Below are positions 1 to 11,846 of a stretch of DNA of 64,000 bases, piece by piece; position 1 is the first letter of the stretch; the number at the start of each line of letters is the position of its first letter. The notes under the pieces were generated by a model, which worked only from the letters and a program-made list of their open reading frames with translations, made no database searches and had not been told where the DNA came from. Both the position numbers and the translations under genes were made by a program. This DNA is from Callorhinchus milii (lineage: Eukaryota). The stretch lies in NCBI RefSeq assembly GCF_018977255.1, contig NW_024704742.1, positions 103,046,001-103,110,000 on the forward strand. Direction: 5' to 3'.

Positions 1-346
1 GTTTTACTAAAGTCTCTGGCCATTTGTACATAAAACGACAAACACTACTTGCTTCATGTCCAACACTCTGTCCGCCCCATTCTTTAGTTTTAAAGAAAAT
101 CCCCCAAAATTAACTGATCGATCGAAACAAACAGATTTTTCTTTATAAAAATAATAATCTTTGCATTTGCTATGGTGCCTTCCAAGTCAGGAAGACATTA
201 CAGAACACTTCACAGGATTTCCTGTGAAGTATAGTGACTGTATTTTGTAAAATGTAGACAGGTTTATCTTGAAAACATGGTACTGATGGTGACATTCAAT
301 TAACATTTCTTTAATTGGTTATTATTGGCATTAATATTTCTGTCAG

Positions 347-500
347 AAAGCAATGGGTTCAGTACTTCAACAATTGCTGCTCCTACTGCAAGATACGCTT
401 CACACACTACACCACACTCAGAGACCAGCATAGCAAGACCACCATACACAACTGTGCTGCGGACATCGAGCTGGCGGAGATTAATGTTGTCGTTCCCTAG
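347..500 (+). CDS. Candidate terminal coding exon of an unidentified gene (..KQWVQYFNNCCSYCKIRFTHYTTLRDQHSKTTIHNCAADIELAEINVVVP*)
   Basis: Unique sequence after an acceptor-like tttctgtcAG (344-346). Open frame to TAG at 498-500 with many G/C-ending codons and retained CpGs. Donor-like GTGAGT follows near 512. A second frame is also open to 507. No homology recognised. Confidence 0.25.
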
Positions 501-572
501 AGAGTAGGTGGGTGAGTGTGGAGAACATTGAGGAAGGCAACACGCAAGGAAAATTCCTCCATTTCCTGATCT

Positions 573-935
573 GTGGAGTCCCATAGCATAGTGGTTTCCA
601 CGCTCGCCTCACAAGTGAGAGGACCTGGATTCGATTCCTGGCCAGGGTGAAACCTAGGCAAGTTTCCTTACTCCACACACTCTGTTTACTTAGCAGTAAG
701 TAGGAACCTGGTTGTTAGTCAATTGGCGGACCACTTTTCCTCCAAAAATTAAGTAAATAATAATAATTTGGTCACTCAATCCATAAATGTTTGTGGGATG
801 CTGTGTGCAGTTTGCTGCTGCGTTTCGCCTACGAAATACATGGTCAATTCACTTTACAGTATATTGTGTGAAATGCTTTGAGATGTCTTGAAGACGTGTT
901 AAGGCACCATATAAAATGCAAGGTTTATTAATATT
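573..935 (+). mobile_element. tRNA-derived SINE, old long subfamily
   Basis: gtggagtcc head, decayed A/B boxes, cctaggcaagtttcc motif, extra segment ctgtttacttagcagtaagtaggaacctgg, tgtttgtggga body, aaatgcaagg tail. Confidence 0.85.
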
Positions 936-936
936 A

Positions 937-1248
937 AGTCCTGTAGCTCAGTGGTTAGAGCACTCGCTTTGCAAGCGAGAGACCTGAGTTCAATTCCAGG
1001 CAGGACGAAACCTTGGGCAAGTTTCCCTACTCCACACACCTAATAATAATCCCTCAAAAAACCCAAAACAATAATAGTCATTTTCAATCTACGACTGTTT
1101 GTGGGACATTGCTGTGCGCAATTGGCTGCCGCGTTCGCCCACAAATATACAGTCAATTCACTTTACAGTGTGTTCTGTGAAGCACTTTGGGACGTCCTCC
1201 CGACATGAAAAGCGCTATATCAAATGGAAGGATTATTATTATTAATAA
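937..1248 (+). mobile_element. tRNA-Ala(TGC)-derived SINE, young short subfamily
   Basis: A box tagctcagtgg, anticodon arm ctcgc-ttTGCaa-gcgag, B box gagttcaattcc, (tta)n tail. Inserted at the tail of the preceding SINE. Confidence 0.93.
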
Positions 1249-1914
1249 TCACAATTTCTATTTAATAGGCCTTTCATGTTGGGAAGATATCTCAAAGCAC
1301 TTCACACAGCTGAATGGGTGATCTGAGCTCGCTGGGGATAGGTGACCAAACGCACAGTGAAAAAGATACATCTAAAGGCAGACTTTGAAGGTGGACAGAG
1401 TGGGTGTGTGGTTTAAGGACTCCAGGATGGAGTTCAGTAGAGTTGGGGTAGGGTGGCTGAAAAACAGGTGTGGGGCAGATAGAGTGTTGGACATGAAGCT
1501 GTGCTTGTTTCCTGTACAAAATGGCTAGATGCTTTAGCAACTGATCAAAGGGGTGAATTAGTCACTGGGATGATCAGAATTTGGTATAAGTGCAAAAAGC
1601 CATCAATCTCTCAAGTTCAGTTAGTCTACTTTGAATCAGACAAATACCAGACTCCGAGAATGTCATCCCAATGTCTGTGTTGCTGTCTAAACCTGTCGAG
1701 ATCTGCCTTTTAGTGAAGGTCTGGAAGTTGGATGGTTTAGATCTGTCTGCCTGCTGGTCCTTTTCTTTGTTTTTTGTAAATATAAATGCACATTCTGAAA
1801 AATGGTAAAATGTAAAGAACAGTGTACTGAATTCAATAGCTTTTGGAGTGTTTTGTTGTATTTTTAAGAAAAAGTGCTTTTCCTTTGAAACCTTTTCTGT
1901 TTACAGTATAATAC

Positions 1915-2190
1915 AATTGACATTTATATAGTGCCTTTCATATCGGGTGGATATTTTGAGGTGCATGACACTGCTAGCTGGGCACTTGAACTATTGGCAG
2001 GAGCCAAATGGGGTGGGGAAGGGAAAGAAAGGTGACCGACAGCGCTGTTAAAGTCTTAAAGGGGGGGAGGGAGTGAGTGAACAGAAGGATGGAGGGACTC
2101 CAGGATGAAGTTCCAGAAACAGTAGCTGAAAGCTCACCTGACGATGGTGGGCTGCCTAGGGCGGGGGACATGGCGTAAGTCTGTGGTGTG
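1915..2190 (-). mobile_element. Decayed L2 LINE 3' fragment
   Basis: Reverse-complement L2 tail (atttatatagtgcctttca) and gagttccagaa..gctgaaagc..gatggtggg motifs shared with the other L2 copies. Confidence 0.6.
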
Positions 2191-2336
2191 CAGAGCGAGC
2201 AAATTCTTACAAACAAGTGAGCCATAATGTGCAGAGTGATTGAAGTGTGCAGGGTGCTCAGAGGGTTATGCACACTATCTGTCCATGGATCATTCATATA
2301 TAATATTTCCAAATTGCAGCTTTCAATTCAAGCCAT

Positions 2337-2870
2337 ACAACAAAAAAATTACATTTGTATAGAGCCTTTCATGTTGGGAGGACATCCCAAGGTGCTGGAC
2401 AGACAGAGTTTCGGACCCGAACTGGTGGTCGGGATCGGGGAGGATGGAGGCCAGGGGAGGTGCAGGGAGATTGAAAGCACGGTCAAAGAGGAGGGTTTGA
2501 GATGGGTCTTCAAGGAGGCAAGGGAGGGTGCGAGGTGGAGGGACTGCGGGATGGAGTTCCAGAGGGTGGGTGCAGAGTGGCGGAAGGCCCGCCCGCCCGC
2601 TGATAGTGGGGTGAGCGAGGCAGGGGACGTGAAACAGGCTGGAGCCCGCTAAGTGGAGGGAGCGAGCAGAATGGTCGGGGATTAGGAGGTCGCAGAGGGA
2701 AGGAGGGAGCAAGACCATGGAGGGCTTTGAAAGTGAGAACCAAGATCTTGAACTGTGTGATGTTGCGGAGGTGGGGGAAAATAGAGCGGGTCGTGGCACA
2801 GATGTGGGGTAGAAAGGATAGTTGAGGCTCAAACAAGACCCCAAGATTCCGGACTGGCTTAGCAAGAGTG
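2337..2870 (-). mobile_element. L2 LINE 3' fragment with internal deletion
   Basis: ORF 2510..2836 reads FEPQLSFLPHI..QFKILVLTFKALHGLAP (L2 ORF2 C-terminus). L2 tail at the left end. Confidence 0.9.
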
Positions 2871-3244
2871 GCTTAATTTGTATTTTGATGTCTTTCCTCC
2901 TCGGGTGCTTCAGCTGCAATGTTTCTTTCTTTGTCAGGAAGAGCAGCCGTTGTGAATTATATCCCTCTCTGCAGCTGCTGTTAGTACAGTTTATTATGGA
3001 CTGACTTGTGCTTCTGCAGGCTGAGACTGGATCTGACAGTAATCCCCCCCACTTCCCTCCAATGGGAAAGTCTGACCATGGCAGCATCCCTGTGTCTGTT
3101 TTGCAGCAAACTAACAAAACCAGCTCATTGAGCACTCCTGACTCCCTGTGCCAAGAACTGCTGGACGTCTTCATTTAACCCTTTTATGTTTCTCTCATTC
3201 TGTTCACATTATTTCTTTTGAAAGAAGCAGTACCTGTGCAATGT

Positions 3245-3566
3245 GTGCTCGCCTCGCAAGCAAAAGGACCCTGGTTTGATTCCCGGGCGGGGCAAAATGT
3301 TAGGCAAGTTTCCTTACTCTACAAGTCTTTGTTTACCAAGTAGTAACTAGTAACCCTGTTGTTAGTCGATTGGTGGATTGCTAACCGGGGGTAATAAACC
3401 CTGAAAAAAAAGTGGGTCACTCAATCCAAGACTGTTTGTGGGACACTGCTCTGCGTAATTGACTGCCTTTTTTTACCCACAGCCAATCTGCTTTATAATA
3501 TATATTCTGTGAAGCGCTTTGTGATGTTGGAATGATGTGATAAGGTACTATATCAAAGGATTATTA
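3245..3566 (+). mobile_element. tRNA-derived SINE, old long subfamily
   Basis: ctcgcctcgcaag arm, B box ggtttgattccc, ggcaagtttccttactc, long central segment, tail. Confidence 0.8.
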
Positions 3567-3965
3567 TAAAATACAGTAGCAGATTCATTTTCAAGATTGT
3601 TTTTAAAACATTTGCCCTTCTCCCCATCTGCTTTTCCCTCCTCTCCTCCTCCACGCTTCGGGGGAAAGGAATATCTCAGATCCAGACTCTGAATAATGCC
3701 TGTCAGACCAGGTTTGTTGTATCTTATAGGGTTCAATTTCAGACACATACATGTATATTAGTGCTCACAAAGGGGAGTGATGAAAAACACACGAGTAGTC
3801 GAACGTTTTACACAGGCCTCATACATCCTCATGAATGTACTTTTATTTTAAAAAAAAAACTCCTTTCAAGTATTTGGGGGAAATCTTATTTTCTTGAGTG
3901 TGAGAATTCCTTTATTATAATCAACACAAATCTCCCTCATAACCAGATATTTATTTAACATTTAA

Positions 3966-4103
3966 GGACGTCCCAAGGCGCTGGACAGTTAAGGGTTCAC
4001 CTCCAGTTCGGGTGCAAACCCTTAACTGTCCAGCGCCTTGGGATGTCCGTTCAACGTGGGATGTCCGTTCAACGTTCAATATATAAATGTAATTTTTTGT
4101 TGT
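3966..4103 (+). mobile_element. L2 3' end with an inverted duplication (foldback hairpin)
   Basis: 3966-3997 is the reverse complement of 4017-4048 (31/32). An 18-bp tandem duplication (4039-4074) and ataaatgtaattttttgttgtt tail follow. Confidence 0.85.
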
Positions 4104-6219
4104 TAGCATATACCTCTCAAACTGCTCACCCACTAGTTCTTGAATGGACCATTTTAACACACCCTTATGAATAAGTGCTTGTGTTACAGAGTTTATTTCC
4201 TGGATCTTACAAACCTCAAGTCTTTTCCTTTCTGGAGAGTTTGAATCTCCATTTGCACTCCTCATGTGATAGACCTAATTAGATAGTCCTGTGAGGTTTA
4301 AACAGGATCTATTTAGGGATATAATCTCGTTATTGCCATCCTCATGAAGTATACATCTCTATTTTCTGCATTCCCCTACCAATAGCACCAAGATTTCAAC
4401 TGATAGCACATATTCCACGCTTAAATTCCACAAACAACCAGTTAAAGTCTTATCTAACTGTAAGTTATAACACTGATGGACTGATTTATGTCAAAGTTTA
4501 AAAAGTTGCAACCTGACTTCCTGGCCAATCATTCTCCCACATCTGTATCTGAATTTAGGTGTCAGCAAAGTTCAGTAGCACTTCAGCTTTGACTTCAAAG
4601 GTTATGGGTTCAAGCCCCATGTAAGAATTTTGAACTTCTGTGAAAGGTATTATATCAAATGCAAGGATTATTATTATTAATAATAATTAACATTAAGGTG
4701 AAAAATGTTATGCATCTTAGTGGGATGAAAAATATTGCATTACATAATAGATTTGGTATTATTATTTGCAAGCATTATTATCCATTCATTTTAGATTCAT
4801 GGACAGATTTGTGCTTATACCCAGGAGGAGAAATATCTTTTAATGAATAACATAACATTAATCATTGATGCCAGAGTGCGAGTACAATAGGTTATCACTG
4901 AGGGCTTGCAGTGGGCTGGAGGAGGTGACTACATTTCAAGTCTTGCAAACCGGCTGCTCTCCTCATTAATATCATGCTGTACAACCTTAGACTGATTAAT
5001 GCAATTCAATAAAACAGCAATGTCAAAATCTATTGTAGCAAATGTGGCCTGTTATTCTGGTAGTGTTTTTATATGGTAAAGTTCCAAAGAAAAAGAAAAC
5101 TTAACAGCAGAACTGCTTACAGGGGCAAACTTATCCAAGTTGAGCTGCCTCAGGCAGTAAGGCTTGTAGCCTTACTGTGCAGTCAGACAGTTAAGTAGCT
5201 GTCAAAACAGAACCACAGGAGCAAAGCAGAAATCAGGACGGGCTCTAATAATACAATATAGAATAGGAAAGAGTTGGGTGTACATTATCCATGTGGTCAG
5301 AATACAGCAATGGCTTTTGGCAAGCAGGTGGGCACAAAGCAAGCCCCATTCTAATGAAACTGCTGTCATCCCCGCAGCATGTTCCAATATGTTCCCGTAA
5401 CCTGCTGAGATTTGTACTGAGTTGGAAAGCAGAGTATTGCACCTACAACCTGGAATCATCTCAGACTGGATGGAACCAGAATATCCTGACCTAGAGATTT
5501 CCCTTGACGTCAAACAAGTAAAAACAATCTTAGTCAATCAACAAAGAAAAAGCTTTATAATAATAAATTGAGCCAGAATAATAGTCCGGGGAGATATTTT
5601 AATGTAAATATGGTGCAATGTTTTTTGAGTGGGAGGAAGAGAGAAACAGACGGACATCCAACACACCCACATATGGAATGACTGTGTCTGTTGAGAAGGA
5701 AGGAAGATTGGTACATGTTTTGTTTGATGTATTTTCACCTTTGGAACTCAGAATAAACCTGGGTTGTTGAAAGTGAATTCTCAAAATCTCCAATCTAATT
5801 ATTACCTGGTGATTGTGACTATTGTATAGGAGCAGGAGAAACAAATCGATGGTTAGGGTGATACGGTACTGTGATCCAGAAATGGCTCTGGAAACTTTCT
5901 ATGTAACTACTCTTCTATTTGTTGTTAATTCTCAAATGTATGTAGAATGTATTCATGTGATTTCGAGACAGCTGGCAAACAGGCAAAGCAAGAACTGGAT
6001 TACTGAATCTCCAATGCAGAACTGATGGAGCACAACATTGTTGGTATGTTTTTTTTACAAAAAAACTCTCTGTATCTAAAATTTGAATAGTTTTACTGGA
6101 CTTCATATTCTCTGCCGCTTCCCATGCAAACAGTCTTATTTCAGTATCTGAGTTTTAACTCTTGCTGTAATTCTGTACATTTTATGTATGTAAAGATTAA
6201 GATTTTGTGGTCTTTCAGG

Positions 6220-6450
6220 TGAGACCTATTTGTCTGGTCAGGTGAACAGATCCCATGTCCCTTTTCAAAAAGAGAAGGGAGCTTCTCTTGGTGCTAACAA
6301 TTCTCCAGTTAAATTGGTCATTTACTTCACTGTTGGTTTTAGGACATTGCTGTACGCACATTGGCTGACGCCAGTTTACAAATACACAATCACTTCACTT
6401 TTCAGCTCTTTCCTGTGAAGCACTGAGACGTTTAGATGTTATAGATACTA
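6220..6450 (+). mobile_element. Deu-domain SINE fragment
   Basis: tgtctggtcaggtgaacagatcccatg..gggagcttctcttggtg..ggacattgctgt..ttggctg matches the Deu-type central domain seen at 25741 and 54277. Confidence 0.6.
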
Positions 6451-6589
6451 CATCAGGCAGATCCTGTTTCAAGAGCTAAAATATTATTTTTATTGTCAGT
6501 TAGTTGGCTCAATTGGTAGCATCATCAGCTCTGTGTCAGCAGGTTGTGGGGTTAAGCCCCATGTTAGGACTTTGAGCTCTTAGTCTTGA

Positions 6590-6636
6590 GCGGTGGACAA
6601 CCTGCGGCCCGCGGGCCAGAAGTGTCCCACGAGCCT
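6590..6636 (+). mobile_element. hAT (Charlie-like) DNA transposon terminal remnant
   Basis: gcggtggacaacctgcggcccgcgggcc resembles Charlie-type termini. No second end found. Confidence 0.45.
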
Positions 6637-6781
6637 TCAAGAAACACCACTCACTACCCTCTAAACATTCACATGTCTGTAGGTAAGTCAGTGTTCGATG
6701 GTTAGTCTGTTTTCATTTTTTTCTGGATTGAATACTTCTTGATTTATAGCATAAATCAAGAAACATTCAATCAAGAGCGTG

Positions 6782-7096
6782 TAATAATAATAATCCTTGC
6801 TTTTGATATAGCGCTTTTCAGGTCTTCTCGACGTCCCAAAGAGCTTCACAGAATATACTGTAAAGTAAATTGACTTTATATTTGTGGGCGAATGCGGCAG
6901 CCAATTGCGCACAGCAATATCCCACAAACAGTCGTAGATTGAAAATGACCAATTTATTATTGTTTTTTGTTTTGGAGGGATTATTATTAGGTGTTTGGAG
7001 TAAGGAAACTTGCCCAAGGTTTCGCCCTCTATGGAATTGAACTAGGATCTCTCGCTTGCAAAGCGAGTGCTCAAACCACTGAGCTACAGGACTCCA
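6782..7096 (-). mobile_element. tRNA-Ala SINE, young short subfamily
   Basis: Full reverse-complement copy from (taa)n tail to ctacaggactcca. Confidence 0.93.
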
Positions 7097-8100
7097 AGGA
7101 CTGTATTTTGTTGGTTAACCATAAAGGTCACTGGTCAAGGCTCATGCCTGATCAACAATGCTCCACGTAAAAATGACTTCATTTTGTGGCTATATGTGGG
7201 ATATTCCTGTGTGCAAATTGGCTGCTGCAATTGCACTTTGAAATGTTCGACATTATAGGTTCTCTATTGAATGCAAGGATTAATATTAATGCAAATAAAA
7301 TAAAATTATTCTGACATTGCACAGGTCATTGGTAGGCTACTTATGGCATTAGATGTGTAGATTTGTTCAACCCCTATCTCTAGGAGTATTGGTTAGAGTC
7401 ACAGTCACAAAGTGTAGTTGTTTCGGTGTTGATGCCTTGGATTGTGTTCCTCTGTGTAACCAGGTCAGGTTCCTGCGTCAGAGGACTCCAGAGCAACTTG
7501 GACCTGAACCAGCCTAAAGTAATTTCCCAACACAAACAAACCTACCAAAGAATGGTATTTCTGCAACTGGAGAAGAGGATTTCAATCAATGCTTGTTGAC
7601 AGTTCTTGTTATTTTTATCCCTCCTCAAAGAGTGGCCTCTCAGATTGTTTTGAGTCTGATTAGCCAACGCAATTGATCATGAATCTGAGGCAGAGCAGAA
7701 GCATTCTCTGCAGTCACTATAAAAGTGTATGTTTAACAAACACAGTGCAATTCTCTGACAGCATCAGTATTGTAGAGCCACAGCACTAATTACATCTTGA
7801 CTCGTGCCTGCTGTAAATGTTTGGATTGTTTGAATATTTGAGTTTCTGGAGGCATAAATAATCTCACTGCCCAGAGAAGCTCCCGCCTTGTCGATAATAA
7901 CTCCACACCCAATATATCGAACTATATAAAATCCTCATTGCATATCTGTAAGCACTCTGCCTTGTCTTGTGGAGTACCTCGAAGCTAAAAAAAAATGTAA
8001 ATCCTATTCAGCACCATTTAAATGAATAAAAACAATAATCCTCCTTTTAAAAAGAACAAAACCTAGACTTTATTACCTGTAACACTGCTTGAATATTATA

Positions 8101-8392
8101 TAAGAATATAAGAATTTGCTAGGCGAAAGAAGACCAAGGTCCATCTAGTTCACCTTCCACCATCCTGGCAGTCACTTGGCATGTCATGTCCCAAACTATG
8201 GAGTATATCCCGAGGTATTATTTTCTAGCAGGAATCTATCTAACTTGTTCTTGGAACAAACAACATTTTCTACTTCCACCGTCTCCCTAAGGAGCCTGTT
8301 CCATAAGTCTACTACTCGATCACTGAAGTAGTGTTTCCGCAGATTTGTTCTGAATTTACCCCACTTCAATCACTGGCCATGACCTCTGTTTC
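8101..8392 (-). mobile_element. CR1 LINE 3' end
   Basis: taagaatataagaatttgct tail and ggagcctgttcca..ctgaagtagtgtttcc..gatttgttctgaatttaccc, near-identical to 22061-22330. Confidence 0.8.
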
Positions 8393-8870
8393 TGAATATT
8401 GACAATCCTGTTTTAATATCTGGGACTTCCCTGTTGCAGATAGAGATTCCAGACTGGCTTTTCGTTGCATTTGTCAGCACATTATAAGTGAATGAACTTT
8501 TAACAACAAGCACATTGGGAAGATGGTGACCAATTTTAACAGGACTGAATGTACTACTAAACGTTATTGGGTTTTCTGCCCACAGTAGATGCAGATTCTG
8601 TTCCTTTTTTACCCTCGCTGGGAGCAAGGATTCTACACTGAGCTCTGCAAAATGGCATTCACACACTATACTCCTGATTTTGTGGAAAACCAGTTTCCAA
8701 ATAAAAATTGAATTTAAGAATTTTCCAAACCATCCATAGAAAGATTTAACAAATCATGCAAACAACCAATGTTGTTCTTCCTTAAAATTTATACTGTCCT
8801 AAAAACGCTGTTACATAACAAGCTTGCTCAGTCTCTGTAGGTAAGTTACTGATTATTCTCTCTCCTTCAG

Positions 8871-8990
8871 TAAGAACATAAGAATTTGCTGGCCGAAAGG
8901 AGACCAAGATTCATCCAGTTTGCCTTCCACCATCCTGACACTTATGTGCACATGTCATGTCCCAAACTGTATAGTGTATCCCACAATATA
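8871..8990 (-). mobile_element. CR1 3'UTR fragment
   Basis: taagaacataagaatttgct..gccttccaccatcctg, same family as 8101 and 22061. Confidence 0.7.
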
Positions 8991-9152
8991 ATCTCCTAAA
9001 AGAATAAGAACAGAATAAGAATATGCTCTACTCCAGGAAGTGTTTCATCCACAAAATACACAGTCACTACAGTTTACAGTATATACTATGAAGCACTTTA
9101 AGACATCTTGAAGATGTGATAAGGCGCTATATCAAATGCAAAGATTATTATT

Positions 9153-9467
9153 GTGGAGTCCTGTAGCTCAGTGGTTAGAGCACTCACCTCCAAGCAAGAG
9201 ACCTGGGTTTGATTCATGGCAGTGCAAAACCTTGGTAAGTTTCCTTACTCCACATGCCTGATAATAATCCCTCAAGAAAAAAACTATAATAATTTGGTCA
9301 CTTGATGCATGACTGTTTGTGGGACACTGCTATGTGCAATTGGCTGCCATGTTTCGCCCACAAATAAAGTCAATTCACTTTGCAGTATATTCTGTGAAGC
9401 GTTTTTGAGACGTTTTGAAGACATGAAAAGTGCTATATCAAATGCAAGGATTATTATTATCATTATT
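9153..9467 (+). mobile_element. tRNA-derived SINE (short type), inserted at the tail of an older SINE fragment (about 9040-9151)
   Basis: gtggagtcctgtagctcagtgg head directly after aaatgcaaagattattatt. Full body and tail. Confidence 0.9.
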
Positions 9468-10194
9468 GCTAAATCCACCTGCGTCCAGTTAGTTTCTTAG
9501 TTCCAGGATACATTAGTTCACGGGTTGGCTGTTTTTCCCTCCTAACTTTGTTATACTTTTTGTATTAAATATTTGCTTCTATATCGTAGCAGGAATGTCC
9601 TTTAAATGCAGGTCCAGTGGAATCCTCTATATATACAGTACAGCAGATGGTCAGGACAAAGCCATCTTGGCATTACTGTTTGCCAAGCACTCAGCTGTGA
9701 TGATGTGGTTTGCATTCAGATACCTCACAAGATTGTCTGCGTGTGGTGTCACAGTGTCGAAAATGACATGCAGCTGTTTGGCTGTTCCTCCTTCATCGTG
9801 CATTTGGGCTGATCCTCTTTCACATCAGACTGATTGCCAACAGACTGCTACAGAGAACAAAGATTAGAGAACAGAAACATTTATTGGCAATGACTGCTTA
9901 TATTTTTAAAAAATAGACGAGATTGTTGAGTTGGAAACATGGTTTTCCAGTCTGATGTGGTTGTGGGTATAAGAACAAAGTACAGAAAGTCAGGCACATG
10001 CTGATGGAGAGGTGAAGAAACCAGACACACAAGTATACAGACACGCACAGATAGATCCTAGAATCAGAGGCATATCAGTGTGTCAGAGAATGTTAGAAGT
10101 ACAAGGATATTTGAAGGAGTTCTTCATTAGATACAGAGCCTCACAGAATTGAACTTGGTGTCAGTGGAAGAATGAAAATTAGGAGGGAGAGATG

Positions 10195-10401
10195 ATGCAG
10201 CTGAGGGGAGGGCCCTTTATATCGCCAGCCAGGCCATCATAAACCTCTTCCTGATGGTTGTTGATCAGGGTCGGTGATGAGGTGTTCTGCCAGAACTTAA
10301 GCAGTCGCTTAAGGAGGAACCTTCCGATCGGGTCTGCCCTCTTCCACTTTTGAACTGTTTCAACTACCTGTCGCGAGAACCACTCGATGATTGTGTGGGG
10401 G
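10195..10401 (-). mobile_element. Tx1-like non-LTR retrotransposon ORF2 fragment (zf-RVT region), frameshifted
   Basis: Minus-strand translation gives ..RADPIGRF..FWQNTSSPTLINNHQE then, in a shifted frame, AWLAI*RALP, resembling the WQNxSSP..HQD.AWL...ALP motif of Tx1 elements (from memory). Confidence 0.6.
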
Positions 10402-10407
10402 TCTGGG

Positions 10408-11025
10408 ATTGTATAGCGACTTTCACATCGGGAGGACCTGAGCTGGGGGTCAGGGTGGGGGAGGGCGGAGGGCAGTGTGGGAAGCAGGGTGATCGAAGAA
10501 GAGGGACTTCAGATGGATCTTGAAGGAGGCAAGAGAGGAGTCGAGGCGGAGGGACTGCAGAATGGAGTTCCAGAGGGTGGGGGCAGAGTGGCAGAAGGCC
10601 CGCCCGCCAATAGTGGGGTGAGTGAGGTGGAGGACATGAAGCAGCCCGGAGCCCGCTGAGCGGAGGTAGCGAGCAGGATGGTAGGCGATTAAGAGGTCAC
10701 AGAGGTAGGGGGGAGAAAGGCTATGGATGGCTTTGAAGGTGAGGACCAGGATCTTGAACTGTATCCTCAGTGTGATGGGAAGCCAGTGGAGTCGGGCAAA
10801 GATGGGGGTGATAGGGTCAAGGAGCCTGGTGCGGGAGAGGGCATGGACTGCAGAGTTCTGGATGATCTGCAGCCTGTGGTGGGAGGAGTTGGGGAAGCTG
10901 ACAAGCAAGGAGTTTGCATAGTTAAAGCTCCATGTAATGAAAGCTTGTATGAGGGTTTCAGTGGCCTGTGGGGTGAGACAGTGGCGGAGCCGGGCAACGT
11001 TGCGGAGGTGGGGAAGGCAGAGTGG
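10408..11025 (-). mobile_element. L2 LINE 3' fragment
   Basis: ORF 10450..10908: [48 protein letters not shown]. Confidence 0.92.
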
Positions 11026-11216
11026 GGGCTTATTGGCAGGAACACCTGGAGAAACTCCCTTTGCTTTTCAAATAGAGAATGAGTAACAATAGACTGAGAT
11101 AATGAAATATGCCATGGCACGCAATGGCTCCTGGACTGTGAGAGTCCAATATATGGTCAGTCAGAAAAGTTTGTACTAAATATCCTGGAATTTTGCTCAA
11201 TTACCTTTGGAAATTT

Positions 11217-11388
11217 ATAATAATAATCCTTTCATTTGATATATTACCTAATCGCATTTTTGAGACATCTCAAAGCGCTTCACAGAATATACTGTAAAGT
11301 GGATTGACTGTGTATTTGTAGACGAAACAAGGCACCCAATTATGCACAACAGTGTCCCACAAACAGTTGTCACTTGAAAGACCAAACT
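11217..11388 (-). mobile_element. SINE 3' half, followed by a (TA)n microsatellite at about 11391-11409
   Basis: Reverse complement of SINE body and tail. Confidence 0.75.
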
Positions 11389-11846
11389 TGTATATATATA
11401 TATATATATCCTCTTCTATACTAAGAAAACAACAATGTCTGTCTGCACTTCAAGAAAGATCTCAATAACCGATTGACAGAAACATAATGTATACCTCATC
11501 AGAAAGGTCTTGCATCTGGGAGTGCCATGGGCATGTTTGTTTTGAGGTATCTTCTATTGTTCATGAATTATTTTCAGTTTTGTGTTTTTCACTGCAGTTA
11601 CACCTGGTGGCTGCCGAGTCAACATGGTGCTGTGGCATCCTGCATCACAGACCACACATGTAGCCAAGTGATGGAACAATATAAAGAAAACAGACAAAGC
11701 TAAGTTGCGGCAACAACAACAAAATGACGTTCTTAAAGTGCCGATTCCTCCCACTGAGTCTTTCCAAAAGGAGTCCTCCCACAGGAGTCCTCCCAGATGA
11801 GTATAGATAAAGATGAAATGTCTGTGTCTGTTTGTCTATCAACCTA

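Noticed and set aside
2323..3174. 283-aa ORF
   Set aside because: Mostly off-frame read-through of an L2 fragment.
3021..3177. Possible exon after ttctgcag
   Set aside because: All frames stop early and there is no recognisable product. It could be UTR.
5155..5177. 9-bp hairpin cagtaaggc/gccttactg
   Set aside because: Too short to interpret alone. Bacterial-type terminators are not relevant here.
11599..11703. Possible exon after tttttcactgcag
   Set aside because: Good acceptor but short frames, no clear donor and no homology.
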